Of a DNA stretch of 64,000 nucleotides, positions 11,821 to 27,870 are shown piece after piece; within the stretch, counting starts at the first letter, position 1; the number at the start of each line of letters is the position of its first letter. This stretch comes from Octopus vulgaris (lineage: Eukaryota). The position numbers and the translations under genes are program-made. Location of the stretch: assembly GCA_951406725.2 (NCBI GenBank), contig OX597817.1, forward strand, positions 121,520,001 to 121,584,000, read 5' to 3'. The notes beneath the pieces are model-generated. The model worked only from the letters and a program-made list of their open reading frames with translations, had not been told where the DNA came from and did no database searches.

Positions 11821-12269
11821 CTGAAACTAGAGATTTACCAATAACCACTGATTTTTGAATGCATGTGTAATAGTACCAGATTTTCTCGTACCGATTACTT
11901 TTCAACATGAAACCATCCGAATTCGAATGTAACCCATCAAATGCTCGATGGTCTTTAAATGAATAGATTAGCTTAAGTGTGAGAAATTTGTTGAAATAAT
12001 TTTCAACGAAACCAAGCTCTTGCAAATCTATTTTAATAGAATAATAGCAACGATAAACATCTAATGAAATTTCAGTCATATGATTGAATTTCTTCTAATT
12101 AATGATATATTATTACTGGGAATTCAAGAAAATAACTCAATTCTACTCTTTGAATGATTTAGTTAATCAAAGTTTGGCTACAATTAAAGATGAATAATGC
12201 AATCAAGTGCGTATCGAGTTGATTTCATTATCTCTTGATTTGCTCGTAATTGCTTCATAGACTGTTGAT

Positions 12270-12909
12270 CATGATATATACATACATACATACACACATA
12301 CATATATATACATATATACATACATATATACACGCACACAGGCAGACACAAACACAACTACACTCATGCAAACATATATGGTTGTGTTTGTGTATTCATC
12401 TATATACACAGACAACAAATATACACTATATGTTCATCTCTCTCTCTCTCTCTTTCTCTCTCTATCTCTCTATCTATCTATATATATATATACATGACTT
12501 TATATGTGTACGCGCATGCTTGTATGTATACGTTCCTTTGAACGTGTTTGTGTATATCAATCTATACTTGTGTATGTACGCGCGAGCTCAAACACTCAAA
12601 CCCCCACACACATATATACACACATAATATCTTCTTGTGTGTTTGTATCTGCATCACATCGACTATAATGTACAATATACGATATATTAAACACATATAT
12701 ATAGACGCACTGATGCAAGTGTATACAAATATACATGTAGATAAAGGGCATATGTCAAAATATGCATTTATGTTTTCGTATATATGTGCATGTTACATAC
12801 ATGTGTGTGTGTACATGTGCTATGATGTATATAAGTGTGTCTATGTATGCATATATATACATACATAAACACTCATAAATATACCTCTATTTCTCTCTCT
12901 CTCTCTTTG

Positions 12910-12953
<44 letters not shown>

Positions 12954-13285
12954 CACACACACACAAATACATATATACATACATAATCCATATATGCGTA
13001 TGAACATACGCAGAGGCTTATTCAGATAAAATATAAATATATATGTATCGTATATATATATATATACACACACACACATATACATATATATATATGTATT
13101 TATATATATACATATATAAATGTGTGTGTGTATGTGCGTATATAAACATAGATATATACACACGCACACCCACATACACATATATATATACCTATGAAAT
13201 CCATATACCTAGTAATTTATCTGTATCCCCTTACTTTCTCTCCCTTTGTGTGCGCGCGTGCGTTTAGACATACATACACACACAT

Positions 13286-13328
<43 letters not shown>

Positions 13329-13365
13329 ATCAGAAAACGTTGCTTTGTATACAAAATCGAATATA

Positions 13366-13407
<42 letters not shown>

Positions 13408-13801
13408 CAATAAATTTTCTTTCATCCCTATTTTTGTATCCATAATTTAACCTAAAACTTTTAGTGTTATTTGTGAAAGAAGAAATACAAATTTCGTCAA
13501 TGAAAGAATTAAAGACCTGCTCCATTAGAGCGTTTAAGGATGTTTTCTTTAACAACGTTGATATATGTACTGCCTACTTCATAACTAATGACGTTAAAAC
13601 GGTATTGATTAACTTTATTTGAAATGTATATTCATATATATATATATATGTTCTTGTCTGTATGCATATGTGTAGGTGTGTGTGAGTATCTATATATATG
13701 TATGTATGTATTTATATAAATATATATGTATATACATATATGTGTGTGCATGCATATGTATGTATAAAAGGCATGTATATAAATACGTATATATGCATAT
13801 A

Positions 13802-13858
<57 letters not shown>

Positions 13859-13860
13859 GA
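12270..13860. repeat. Compound (AT)n/(CA)n microsatellite field
   Basis: Direct inspection. Confidence 0.95.
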
Positions 13861-13869
13861 AAGAAAACA

Positions 13870-14000
13870 GAAATGGAATAAGAACGTAACATGCGACAAC
13901 AAAACATCCGGACAGTTAGATGATACAAAAAAAACAGGAAAAACAAGGATGTCCGGGTATTTTGTTGTCGCCTGTTACGTTCTTGTTCTATTTTTTTTTC
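13870..14000. repeat. Inverted repeat (~45-bp arms) next to (AT)n, possibly a Penelope-type inverted terminus
   Basis: aagaacgtaacatgcgacaacaaaacatccggaca vs tgtccgggtattttgttgtcgcctgttacgttctt. Confidence 0.75.
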
Positions 14001-14081
14001 AGGACATGGCCTGGACCAATCTTTGGTCGAAATATTTATAAGTTTTATCTAAGTTTTATATCGGCGTACGCACTCATTTGG

Positions 14082-14113
<32 letters not shown>

Positions 14114-14506
14114 GTATATTAATAATAATAAGACAACAAAAGTATGAATGAAACCTCGATATTATGTAAGATAGAGGAATTTCTCTATAAATATATTAAT
14201 AGCCGGGACTCTGAGTTTTATTATGACAACCAACTAATTGTCACTTATATATATGTGTGTGTTTGTATAGGTATGTATGTATCTATTTACATGCATTTGT
14301 GTGGATACACACTGAACATTTGGATCCGATACTAATAACAGGTGACTTAGATGAAGCAACGTAATTACCATGTAGCTCATTTTAAAGCGACAGATAGAAA
14401 TATTGAAAGTAAACCTATACATTATCTCAACGTAGCACCTCACAGACATCTGATATTATGTGCAGTATTGTGGTGTTGTGTGTGTGTGTGTGTATGAGTG
14501 TTTATA

Positions 14507-14576
<70 letters not shown>

Positions 14577-15936
14577 GGGTTTGTGGGTGTTCATAATACT
14601 TGGTTGGCAGTAGAAATTTATACTTGCTAATGTGTTGTAAAATAATACCAGTAAGTTTACTGAAATCATTTTCGTAAATTATAAGAAACACATGCGTTGT
14701 GTTGAAAGGCTCTTAAAAATGTATAATCGAACAATGAAAAGCAATTTGCCAATTGTGAATTATGTATTTTCTTCATCGTGCATTAGTTAATCATTACGAC
14801 TGGCAATGTTCTTATGAAATTGGTGCCGAGTGGATGGGTTAATCTTTTCTTAATGAGACTTTCAAAACCGATTATATAGTGAAATGGAATATTTCATTAA
14901 ACTGAGATATTGAAGTTTTTAAAAGACGGAACATGTATGTGACTATACGATCGCTTCGTTTGTGAGAAATAGAAGACAACCACCCGTTCACATAACATCG
15001 TAATGACGTTAACATAGTAAAGAAAACTTGGATAATTTAAATCTAGACACGCTACTGCTGGAATAGTGTATCTACTGGCATAAGTCTAGACAATACCTTT
15101 CCAATTAACATTACATTACATCGACCTCACTCAATTATTACATTACACGATATCTCGCACCAATTTGGCACCAACACAAAGCACAACGCATCCTTATATT
15201 AATGCACCAGTTTGGCGTTTAGTTCTGTAGAACTTTAGTGTTCTGCATATATCCATTCAATACCCAGTTTATAGGATGGTTGCTGGCCAAAATCGTTATC
15301 CTCCCGGACAAAATACCCTGCAGCATCTAATTACGCTCACTTACGTCTCGTGTTCAATAACTGCCGACGTCATGTTCACTTTTCACATTCTCGGGTATTG
15401 ATGAGACATATCACAGCCTACACACGCTTTCTCTCTCTCCCTCTCTCTCTCCCACACACACCTGCTCGCACACATGCACACACATATACACACACAAATA
15501 ATCAAAAATAAATCGATACAGGTAACCCACCGTTGATGGATACATTTCATTATTAAAATGTCAAGCATTTAATTCTATTTAGCAGCAGTGGTGCATGCGA
15601 TAAATAAATATGTTACAGCAATAATTAACTGTTTATAACAAAATAACAATGCAGGCAGGCCGCAGATGTGAGTTTATGTAATAATTTGTTTATTGTTTCA
15701 TTCTGTTATCTCTTTACCTCCCCATTTTTTTTTTTTTAATTTCATAAATTTCTGTTATTATTGAAGAAACGAGTCAAAAATGTGTTCGACTAAGGAAGTT
15801 GTTGGCCCCTACTGGATTGTTTAGTCGTCGACACAAATTTAATGTGAGAACAGCTGCGAAAGAGATAGAAATAAACGCATCAAACTATTCTTTCTTTCCA
15901 CTTTAAGCGCAATAGAAAATAATAATAATAATAATA

Positions 15937-15987
<51 letters not shown>

Positions 15988-16368
15988 CAAACGCTGTATT
16001 TTATGATTTTAAGCAAAATCATTTTCTTAAAATAAAATTAGATATTTATTAAATTTTAAAATGTGCGTGCAAATTTTTGTCATTTAATTGCCTGTTTATT
16101 TGTTTTCTTTTAATTTGCTTTCAGTGCTCATCATAAATAAATATTTCAATGTGTTGAAATTAATGTAAATCTAATTCTGCTCAAAACACTTGGCTTTGAA
16201 ATAAATTGGAATGCTCATGCATTATTTAATAAGTATCTTACATTTTTCTGAAAGTATTCGATCGTAAATTTAAACCAGCGAAATAGAGTGCGAAAAAGCG
16301 CAATGACAGATAGAGAAAGAAAGAGATATAGAAACAGAGAGATTGACAGACAGAGACAGAGGCACAGG

Positions 16369-16435
<67 letters not shown>

Positions 16436-16859
16436 GGAGAAAGAGCTAAGAAGAAATAAAATAAATATTTGCTATTTCAAAATGTTCAACGGATATTGCA
16501 TCCAGCACATTTTGGTGTTTTCGTAATGCTGACATTCTGAAATAATTATTTATTTACAGATATGGAAATCAATGGGAATTGAAAGTGAATAGTGGAAAAG
16601 TTAATAACATTAATAAAGAAAGACACCGCAAACTACAAACAGCGACAATACTTGGCAATCATATGTGCGTAAGAATGATATGTAAATATGAGCTTGCTAT
16701 CATGCACAGTCACTGACGCACAGATATAAACCAACTGATACCTCAGAAGTGAAGAAAGAAATAAAATTAAATACCTCATAAAATGCGAAATTACACACGC
16801 GCAGACACACAAATACACATACACATACACAGATATATAGTATGGTTTTTATGAAGCAT

Positions 16860-18625
<1,766 letters not shown>

Positions 18626-20144
18626 ATATATACGCAGAAACGTATGTATCATTTACTCGTGAATACACACCTTAGACGTACAAACAGGCAAACATGTATG
18701 TATATCCTTTGTGTGCGTATTTATACGTGCACATATATAAATGTGTGCGCATGTGCGTGTATACGTGCATGTATGTATGAATGTATGCGCATATACTTGA
18801 TGCAAATGTCAACAGTGTCAAATCGAAATGTCTTTACAGCTGCCTCCATAGTGAAATTCGGAAGGGGAATGTATAGATACAGGAAAATCCCATCTGTTTT
18901 GAAATCAAATCGTGCACGTCTGATATTACATCTACCTTGCTGCATAATTTCTTTATTCAATTTGAGATCTGAAGCAGAATTGCAAATGATGCAATTTAGC
19001 TTCCTTTGGAAATAGAGAGAAACATTCTCTCTTTGAATTCTCCACATCATTATGAATGTCTAATATATTTTCACGAAAGAAAAAAAAAATTATAGGCCAA
19101 TTTAATTCAATACGATTGATGGTGTTGTAAAGATATCTCGATTTCTTATTTCTGTTTTCCACTACCGTTTTCAATATTGATGAAGTAGTAGACATTGTCG
19201 AACTGATAAAAAGAAATATAATTTAGCCATGAGACAGAAACCGTTACGAGTTATCGACGACAATAGTAGTTTTTCTAAATATTCATAATTTTATACAACA
19301 ATTATTTGCGGATTAAATTTTTTTTTTTTTTTGATAAAGGCAAATAAAATGTAGCGTGTAAAAAAATTTTCATTGCTATCAGCAGCAGAACAAACGTATT
19401 GTTCTAAATTCAGACTATGAAATATTTTCAGTTATTAAATCTTGATTCAAAAATTTAAATCTCAATTTCTATAAAACAGAATCAAACCAAATTCGGAAAA
19501 TCTTTATAACATTAAGAGCATTAAAGTAGGCCTACGCATATTCACTCTCTGCAGTTTTGCGTTCAGATACTTTCCTATCCGACTCTAGCATTTTCTCACC
19601 AGGGCCTGCAAAATAAATTTCTACATATATACGGGGAAGTTAATTCAAAGGAATATGTTGTAATTCTTTGTGTATTTGCTTTGCTTTGGGCCTTGAACTT
19701 TTGAAGCAGTTGTAGCGTATCTTGGGTGTCTAAGCCTGGCAGACTACATCCTTCTACATGTCTGACACAACCGATTTCTTTCAGAGAATGAGAGGGAGAT
19801 ATTGAGAGAGAGAGAGAGAGATTGAGAAAGATTGAGAGAGAGAGAGAGAGGGAGAGAGAGGGAGAAAGATAGATGGGGTATAGAGAGTGAAAGACGAGTA
19901 TTTTATCTTAATTTATTGACCTCGGAAATATGATGCTATGAATAACTTGGGCGGAATTCGAGACCCTGTACGAATACTATAATGCATTATATCTCATGTT
20001 TTTTTTTCAAATACATTTATGACTTTGGGTTTATGAGGAAAACGATTGTCTTCGGAAAATTTTCTCCACATGTAGTGTTAGGATCAAAACTTCAAATCTT
20101 CGTATTAGAAGTTATTCTATTCTAGTTTTCAAACGATTCTATTA

Positions 20145-20505
20145 TTCTTTTATTTGTTTCAGTAATTTGATTGCGGTCATGCTGGATCACTATGTTTAGT
20201 CGAACAGATCGAACCCTGGACTTATTCCTTGCAAGTCTCGTACTAATTCTATCGGTCTTTTGCCGAACCGCTAAGTTACGGGGACGTAAATACACCAACA
20301 TTGGTTGTCAAGCGATGGTGGGGAGACAAACACAGACCCGCAAACATACGCGCACACACACACACACACACACATATGGCGAGCTTCTTTCAGTTTCCGT
20401 TTACCAAGTCCACTCACAACACCTTGGTTGGCCCAAGGTGCCACGCAGTGGAACTGAACCCGGAACCATGTGGTTGGCAAGCAAGCTACTTACTACATAG
20501 CCACT
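20145..20505 (-). mobile_element. tRNA-derived SINE family B, near full length
   Basis: tRNA-like head, internal (CA)n, conserved tail; matches 21000-21372. Confidence 0.9.
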
Positions 20506-20999
20506 CGATAATATTTTTAGCAGAGATTCCGCTCTCTTTCCTCGGATACATCGTATGTTCTGCCACTCGTGTAAATAACCATCCTGCTTCAAAGTAAAAA
20601 ATAAACACTGAAACTTCTCCCATTAGCCGAAAACTTTCGCAGGAAATGAAACTACAGGCAAGTCGAGATCAAGAGGCAGATTTATTTCTCAGTCGAATCG
20701 CTTTCACTTTTCTTCTGCCAACCGTTAATCTTTTTTCTCTTTTATATTTCGGAAGTTTGGTTCTGTCCTAATAAGTTCTTATACATTATAACATAGCAGT
20801 ATTTACTTAATAACCGTACTATTAGGACTATCTTAGAAGTTCGCTTCGTAAGTACATGTGTCAAGGTTCGATCTTACTGCACGGTGGTTAGTGCCAGTAA
20901 CTTCAACCACTGTGTTTTGGATTTGACAAATGCCATGCAGCCAATAATTTGGTAGGCAAAATCTGTGGAAGTTCTGTCGAATATGTATACTTATAATCT

Positions 21000-21372
21000 T
21001 TTACTATTTTACTCTTTTATTTGTTTCAGTCATTTGACTGCAGTCATGCTGGAGCATCGCCTTTAGTCGAGGAAATCGACCCCAGGACGTATTCTTTGTA
21101 AGCTTAGTACTTATTCTATCGGTCTCTTTTACCGAACTGCTAAGTTACGGAGACGTAAACACACCACCTTCCATTGTCAAGCGATGTGGGGGGGGGGGGG
21201 ACAAACACAAACACACAAACATATATATATATATACGACGGGCTTCTTTCAGTTTCCGTCTACCAAATCCACTCACAAGGTTTTAATCGGCCCGAGGCTA
21301 TAGTAGAAGACACTTGCTCATAGTGCCACGCAGTGGGACTGAACCCAGAACCATGTGGTTGGTAAGCAAGCT
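21000..21372 (-). mobile_element. tRNA-derived SINE family B, near full length
   Basis: Same structure as 20145-20505; short tandem 3' tail (ctttta repeats). Confidence 0.9.
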
Positions 21373-22173
21373 ATATTTTTTTACAGGCGTATCGAGTTTC
21401 TTGACTTAATGCCAAAAAAGAGATACCTTAGCCATGCAATCAATAGCAGTCGATAAAATAATGAATATCAAGCTAGTAAATGGAGTCGATATGATTGCCC
21501 CACCCTCAAATGGACTAAAGGTGTTGCTCCAACAAGGCCGTAGTCCAATGATTAAAACCAGTAAAGAATGCAAACGTGAATGCAGTGCAATCATTTCATC
21601 TCTGAAAAGTACACATTTTAACATAATGGAGAAAAAGCTCGGAAGACGCATTCTTATTCTCTTTGCTTTCTATCAAGATATTAGATATTAAGGAAGTAGT
21701 GGTTTAGCAGTATCATGCCAAACAGAATATCTATTTTTCAAGTCTATCGCTGGTTTACAGAAAGAAAAGGTTACGCTTGCATTTTTCCAAGGCTAACTTC
21801 ATCTAATCCGCATATATGCGCTATTGGTTTATTGATCATAGATCAGGAGACAAATATATTTTTCATCGCAGAAGAGACCAAACTGCTGGACAGAGAACTA
21901 CCGTACTAAAGAATCGCATGGCTACCATCCTTTCCAATATTAAAAGCAATCATGTAGATACTTTTCCTTAGTGAACAATTGCATTCGATTCCGAGTGATA
22001 GGCAATTAATATACTGCAGATCTGTATAATGCCGTGGCTAATCCAATGAAGATAAAATTCTGATCTCTGCATGAAGCTCATTTATATTTCATTTGCAATT
22101 AGAATACATGGAGTGCGTAAGCCTGAAATGTGACTCTGCGTGTGTGTATGTATGTGTGTGTGTGTGCGGCATG

Positions 22174-22204
<31 letters not shown>

Positions 22205-22249
22205 GGAGAGATAGATAACTAGATTCAAACACATATACATATATGTAAT

Positions 22250-22300
<51 letters not shown>

Positions 22301-22560
22301 TTGTATATCACATGACATATCAGTGTTTATCTAAAGACTATTATCCATACGTATTTACATTTCGATATGTATAGTTTTATTTATCTTTAACCGTTTTACT
22401 TTTTTCTCTCCTCATTCAACCTTTAACGTATATTTCTTCCACCCCCTTTCGCTAACTTATCTGTTTTGTATGATGCGAGCAAGGGTATGTCCGCATATAT
22501 ATAATTATAAATATATACATATAGCATGTATGTGTGTGTGTGTGCACGCGCGTATGTATG

Positions 22561-22611
<51 letters not shown>

Positions 22612-22997
22612 CCACATAAACACAGCACACACACACACATATTTGTATATTTCCGATCCCAGTGCTTGGATTTGATCATCTATATACCGTTGATGGGGAA
22701 ATCGGCTGCTAAATCTGCTCTAGACGTCTGTTACCGACAAGCCCAAGGAATGGCGAAATCATGTGTTCTGTTATTTCTGGTGGTCGCAGCAGACATGAAC
22801 TAAAAGTCATCGCCCGTCACCGTTATAAGCACGAGTGCTTTTATGCACCGTGAGTCCATATGAAGTTATTTTCATAATATAACACAATATTTTATGTATA
22901 TGCATGCATGTATGTATGTATGTATGTATGTATGTATGTATGTATGTATGTATGTATGTATGTCTTCTATGTGTATGCATGCATGTATGCATATATG

Positions 22998-23441
22998 TAT
23001 TTCTTTATTACCCACAGATGGCTAAACATAGAGGGGACAAACAAGGACAGACAAAGGGATTAAGTCGATTACATCGACCTCTGTAAGCAACTGGTACTTA
23101 ATTTATCGACCCCGAAAGAATGAAAGGCAAAGTCGACCTCGGCGGAATTTGAACTCAGAACGTAACGGGCAGACGAAATACGCTAAGTATTTCGCCGGCG
23201 TGCTAACGATTCTTATTTCTGTACTGCCTACAAGGGGCTAAACATAGAGGGGACAAACAAGAACACACAAACGGATTAAGTCGATTAAATCGACCCCAGT
23301 GCGTAACTGGTACTTGATTTATCGACCCCAAAAGGATGAAAGGCAAAGTCGACCTCGGCGGATTTTGAACTCAGAACGTAACGGAAGACGAAATATCGCT
23401 AAGCATTTCGCCCGGCGTGCTAACGATTCTGTCAGCTCGCC
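22998..23441 (-). mobile_element. SINE family A (Nin-domain-like), tandem dimer
   Basis: Minus strand gcctttcatccttt.ggggtcgataaat.aagtaccag occurs twice; head ggcgagctgacagaatcgttagc. Confidence 0.9.
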
Positions 23442-23466
23442 GCATGTATGTATGTATATATACATT

Positions 23467-24091
23467 CTTCTGTGATTTCTCTATTGATGTTGTCCTTCAG
23501 TTCCACCAGGGTCTTCGGTTTGTTGACGTAAATCCTCTCTTTCAGACATCCCCACAAGAAAAAATCTGGGCTAGTTATGTCTGGAGAATGTGAAGGCCGT
23601 TTGACATTGTCGTAGCTGGAGAATATTCCCTCTCCAAAGCACTGCCGTAGCAACTGCATTGTTTCTTTTGCGGTATGAGCAGTTGCCCTATCTTGCTGAA
23701 ACCATGTGTGAGGTCTACTTTGAATGGCCGGGCTCACAAAGGTCTCAATCATGGTTTTGTACCGTTCTCTAGTCATTGTGTCAGCATTTCCGTCATCGTC
23801 CTCAAAAAATTAGGAACGATAATTTCATTTGCTTTCAATCAGAGAAGTGGGTCTGAAACTCTTGAGGGTGATATGGTGCAAATTTTGGAAAGAGCACGGG
23901 CGTGTGAAGCCGAAAATGGCTGCCATTTAAACAACGTCATTTTTCATATGTACTGTAGTGGTGTTGCAAAATTTGAATTGTGCATATTAATTTCCGTTAT
24001 GTCCTTTATATTGTATCAAAATTGCATGCATTTATCTGTAAAGTTAAAGAAGTTATTAAAAATAAATTAACAGCTGGTTCAGGAGCACCTG
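23467..24091. mobile_element. DD41D (rosa-type) Tc1/mariner fossil with internal inversion
   Basis: Minus 23467-23835: FFEDDDGN..WFQQD-(41 aa)-DFFLWGCLKERIY; plus 23837-24091: C-terminus ILERARACEAENGCHLNNVIFH. Confidence 0.85.
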
Positions 24092-24595
24092 ACGATGTGT
24101 CTCTTCAGTTGATAAATAGATATAACTCTTTGAACTAACAATTCGGCAATGTATATTCTAGGTTTGTGAAAAGAAAAGAAGCAAATTAAAGGTTATAGCT
24201 TCATTTATATAGAAGGTCAATAATAAAATAACAGATGCAAAAAAGAAACGAACACGCATTACTACAAAAGAAGTATCCAATATAACCGGTAACGGGCATG
24301 GATGTATAAATGCCCTCGCGTAGGTTGTATGGCGTGTGTACATTCGCACATAAAAGCATCCGCGAAGATGTAAGCATATGCACACGTGCAGTCTGGCGCA
24401 AATATGTTTACATAGCGAATGAAATAACTACTTGGTGTTTACAAGAATGGTGAGGTTAGAACTAAATTTAATTCATTCATACCTTAAGGTGAATTATATT
24501 AACAGTTACTCAAATTCATTGCCACTGCATTGTGCGTAAGTACATTTATATGCATATAAACACACTCACTCACACATACACATATTGTATGTATA

Positions 24596-25323
24596 TAGCG
24601 TGTTCGCGCTAAATTTGACGATTTTTATGTCTCCATTTTCTTCAGGAATAGCTCGATGTTTGGTGAACGGTGAATGGCGTTGGAGATCGTAAAGATTAAA
24701 GTATGAATTGAAAAATGGCTAGTTGACATGAACTAAAAGTCATCTGAATACTGGAAAAAAAAAATTCTTGCATCATAATAATTCGCCCCGAGTGTCAACA
24801 TGTCGATATCGTGATTGCTTCTCAGTGCTCTGTGAACTCTGTAAAGGTTGTAAGACACGACGTGGCCGGCTGAAAACGGGACAACAGGCGTTCTGACTGC
24901 GTCTGCACGCCGAATTTCATTAAAAAAACTGATGTACAGGTCCTCAGGATCAATCCTGACATCTATGTAAAGCTGCTGGAAACTGTGATCAAACCCTCGC
25001 TGAAGTGGGTTGCAGATGAATCACCAAATATGCGACAGCAAGATTCGTCTCTTTGCTATATCTCTGCAAAGAGTCGCAAGTTGCTGTCGGAGAATTTCTA
25101 CAACTTAACCAGCATAAGTTTCTGACCCCAAAATTTTCATGATTGAAATCCAATGGATTACTATGAGTGAAGGGCGGTTGAGTAAAACACTAACCGGTCT
25201 ACTTTGCAACACCAAGGCCGTGCTGGTTGTCACGATGAAGGAAGTATTCGAATATCTTCCCTGGAACACAATAGGAAATACATACTCAAGGCTTCGGAAG
25301 AATTTTGAGGCCGTGGTGCAAGA
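24596..25323 (+). mobile_element. DD37D (maT-type) Tc1/mariner fossil
   Basis: RINPDIYVKLLETVIKP..RQQD-(37 codons incl. stops)-DYYE; C-terminus KEVFEYLP..RLRKNFEAVV. Confidence 0.75.
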
Positions 25324-25325
25324 TA

Positions 25326-26450
25326 AAGCTTTTTCTCAAAATCCTTTTGCGAATCAAATCGCTTCCCTTCCAGCGTGGTTTTCAGTTTAAGGAAGAGCCA
25401 GAAGTTACACGGTGCCAAGTCGGGAGAGGAGGGAATCTGTCAAACAAGTGGTGTATTGTTCGTGACCTGTAAAGCTTGCATTATGTAGGCAGAATGAGTG
25501 AGCGTATCAGCGTGGTGAAATTGGCAATTATGTGCCACCCGGCAGCTTTCGATGCACAGCATCAGACAGGTCATGACATATAAACTCAAGAGAGTATTCC
25601 TTATTAATTGTTTGACCTTGTGGTGCATATTCAGGGGTACAACAAACAAATCAACATTACCTTCACATTACTACGAGCCTGTCGTGCATTTTGGGCCCTT
25701 GCTGATGAAGGATGCTTCCAATGGAAGGACTGGAATCGTTTTCCGGGTCTCACTCATAAACACATGTCTCATCATCAGTAATGATGATTTTCATAAAGTC
25801 TGGGTCGTAGTTTTCACAGTTCAGTACGTCCTGAGCAATTTCCATGCGATGTTGCTTCTGCTGCTCCACCATCACCTTGAGGACGAATTCCGCCAGCACT
25901 CTCCACATACACAAATTCTCCATTAAAATGGGATGCACTGATCCTTTACTTATTCTCACTTCATGAGCAATTTCCTGCATTGTTTCACGGCAGCCTTCCA
26001 TGACAATTCGCCGAACTTTCTCAATCGGCTCCTTATTTCGACTCGTGGATGACCTGTTTGAGCGTGTCTCGCTCTCCACTGAGGTGCAGCCATGTTTGGA
26101 ACACTTGTACCACTCCTTGATCTAGGTTTTGCCGATAGCCTCATCGCCAAAGGCCTGCTGAATCCTCTGGATGGTTGGCGCCCGAGTATCATCAAACGTT
26201 TTGCAAAACTCGATGCAATAACTTTGCTCGATGCGTTCAGTAATCTTGTTGGAACAGGAAAATCAGACGAGCGCGCACTACACGTCTATATTCTAGGTGT
26301 AATAGCCGGGAACTGACACGTTCTACCTGCACGAAAATATTCACACATGCACAGGAAGAATGGAGGCATCTTCTACCCTGGGGATTTCCCCCACGCGGCA
26401 TTAATTTTGGCGGTAGAAAATAAAGTTGGATAGCTTTTGAACGCACCTCG
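25326..26450 (-). mobile_element. Mariner transposon fossil
   Basis: TA + cgaggtgcgttcaaaag terminus at 26450; IKEWY, RSNRSSTS, RVLAEFVLK, IITDDETCVYE, SPDLAPCNFWLFLKLK. Confidence 0.9.
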
Positions 26451-27575
26451 TATTTAACATTCCTGGGCATTTATGAAATGTGTAACGCACGTCTGAACTA
26501 TATAAATCCCGTTAGAGGGGAAAATCCTTTAGAAATAAGAATAATATAACAACAAAGCATAAAATATTCGACAAACTCTGGTATTTTTGCTATTGCTTAG
26601 TGCCAGAACAGTCGTGTTAGAGTAAATCTATTACATTGAAACTTTTTAGTTGTATTTCTAGTCTTTTCTTTCTATGACTACTGCTATACAGGCGTCCCCC
26701 GTTTCCATGGCAGGAGGATGCAATATAAAGTAGATTTGACTATTACTTCTAGCTGGTCGAGTGACCACACCGAGGCTTTCTCATTTGCTTGTGTAATAAT
26801 TTGAAATACATATCGCAAAAACTCTTACATTTTTAGTCAAATTGATGAAAAGTGTTTATGCTGCTCATTTGGACTGGCATATCATATACACATTGGTAAA
26901 ATGTTTGTGTATATACACACACACACATAAAATGATACTTCTTTTCTAATATAGAAACAAGCAGAAATCAATACATAGGCGGTATATCCGTGTATGTGTT
27001 AGTAGTATACACGTGTGTCTGAATACATATGCAAAGAGAAATTTCTACTGCTTCTACAAATGTCTATTTGTATGCGTGCGCTTCTGTTGCGGTGGTGACT
27101 GACTGTTTGCCTGCAAATTTCTGATATTTGTTATGAAAAAGGAACTTTCATGGATTTATAGTAATTTTTCTCCTGTCTTTGTAATTCAGTATTTATTTGG
27201 ACTCGTGAATCGATTTGTTTTACGAGATTAATTCGATTAAACTTTTTTCCCTAGTTATATTTTTAACCATTTGATTTTATGTCCCGTATCAATAAGCATT
27301 TACCGCCTGCAGTAGTTATCTGAAATTTTGTTTTAATAATTCGAAGCAAAGAAAAAAATATTATGTCATTTAATTATACATCTAATATGGAGAAAACCCG
27401 TCTTTGAAATATTGATAAAAAAAGATATAATTTTGAATTAAAGAAAACATTTTCTTGAGCAGAAATAAATTACATAAATTGCACACACATAGACGCTTGC
27501 ACACAAACAATCTATAAATCAAATTCAATGGAAATAAGCTTAATCTCGGCTATTTTTGGTAATTTACGTGAGAGA

Positions 27576-27601
27576 TGACGTCAGTACGACATACCGGAAG
27601 T
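27576..27601 (+). promoter_or_regulatory. Perfect CRE (TGACGTCA) and ETS (CCGGAAGT) motifs 10 bp apart
   Basis: Both consensus motifs lie in non-repetitive sequence, about 100 bp upstream of a candidate exon. Confidence 0.4.
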
Positions 27602-27703
27602 TCGTTTCTTTTCCTTTTGATTGTGTAATTCATTTTTCCCCCTTCTAAGCGTGAAGGCATACTTGCATTGTATGTTCAAGACATGATATTGTATTTTTTC
27701 CAG

Positions 27704-27743
27704 GCCCTCTGCACATTTTATTTACCAATTTGTTCTTGATATG
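27704..27743 (+). other. Candidate 40-nt exon ending in ATG
   Basis: gtattttttccag|GCCCTC...GATATG|gtaaga. Confidence 0.35.
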
Positions 27744-27870
27744 GTAAGAGCAACAAACGTTTAAATCAGTCAAGTAATGACCGGTATTTTATTATTCACT
27801 ATTAGCCGCTTGCTTGTTACGATCTAAATTATAAATGATCATATTTTAACCAATATTTGTAATTCTGAAA

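Noticed and set aside
22792-24744. Exact 20-bp match gacatgaactaaaagtcatc at 22792 and 24725, a possible target-site duplication
   Set aside because: The intervening 1.9 kb is a mix of unrelated elements; more likely two fragments of one dispersed repeat.
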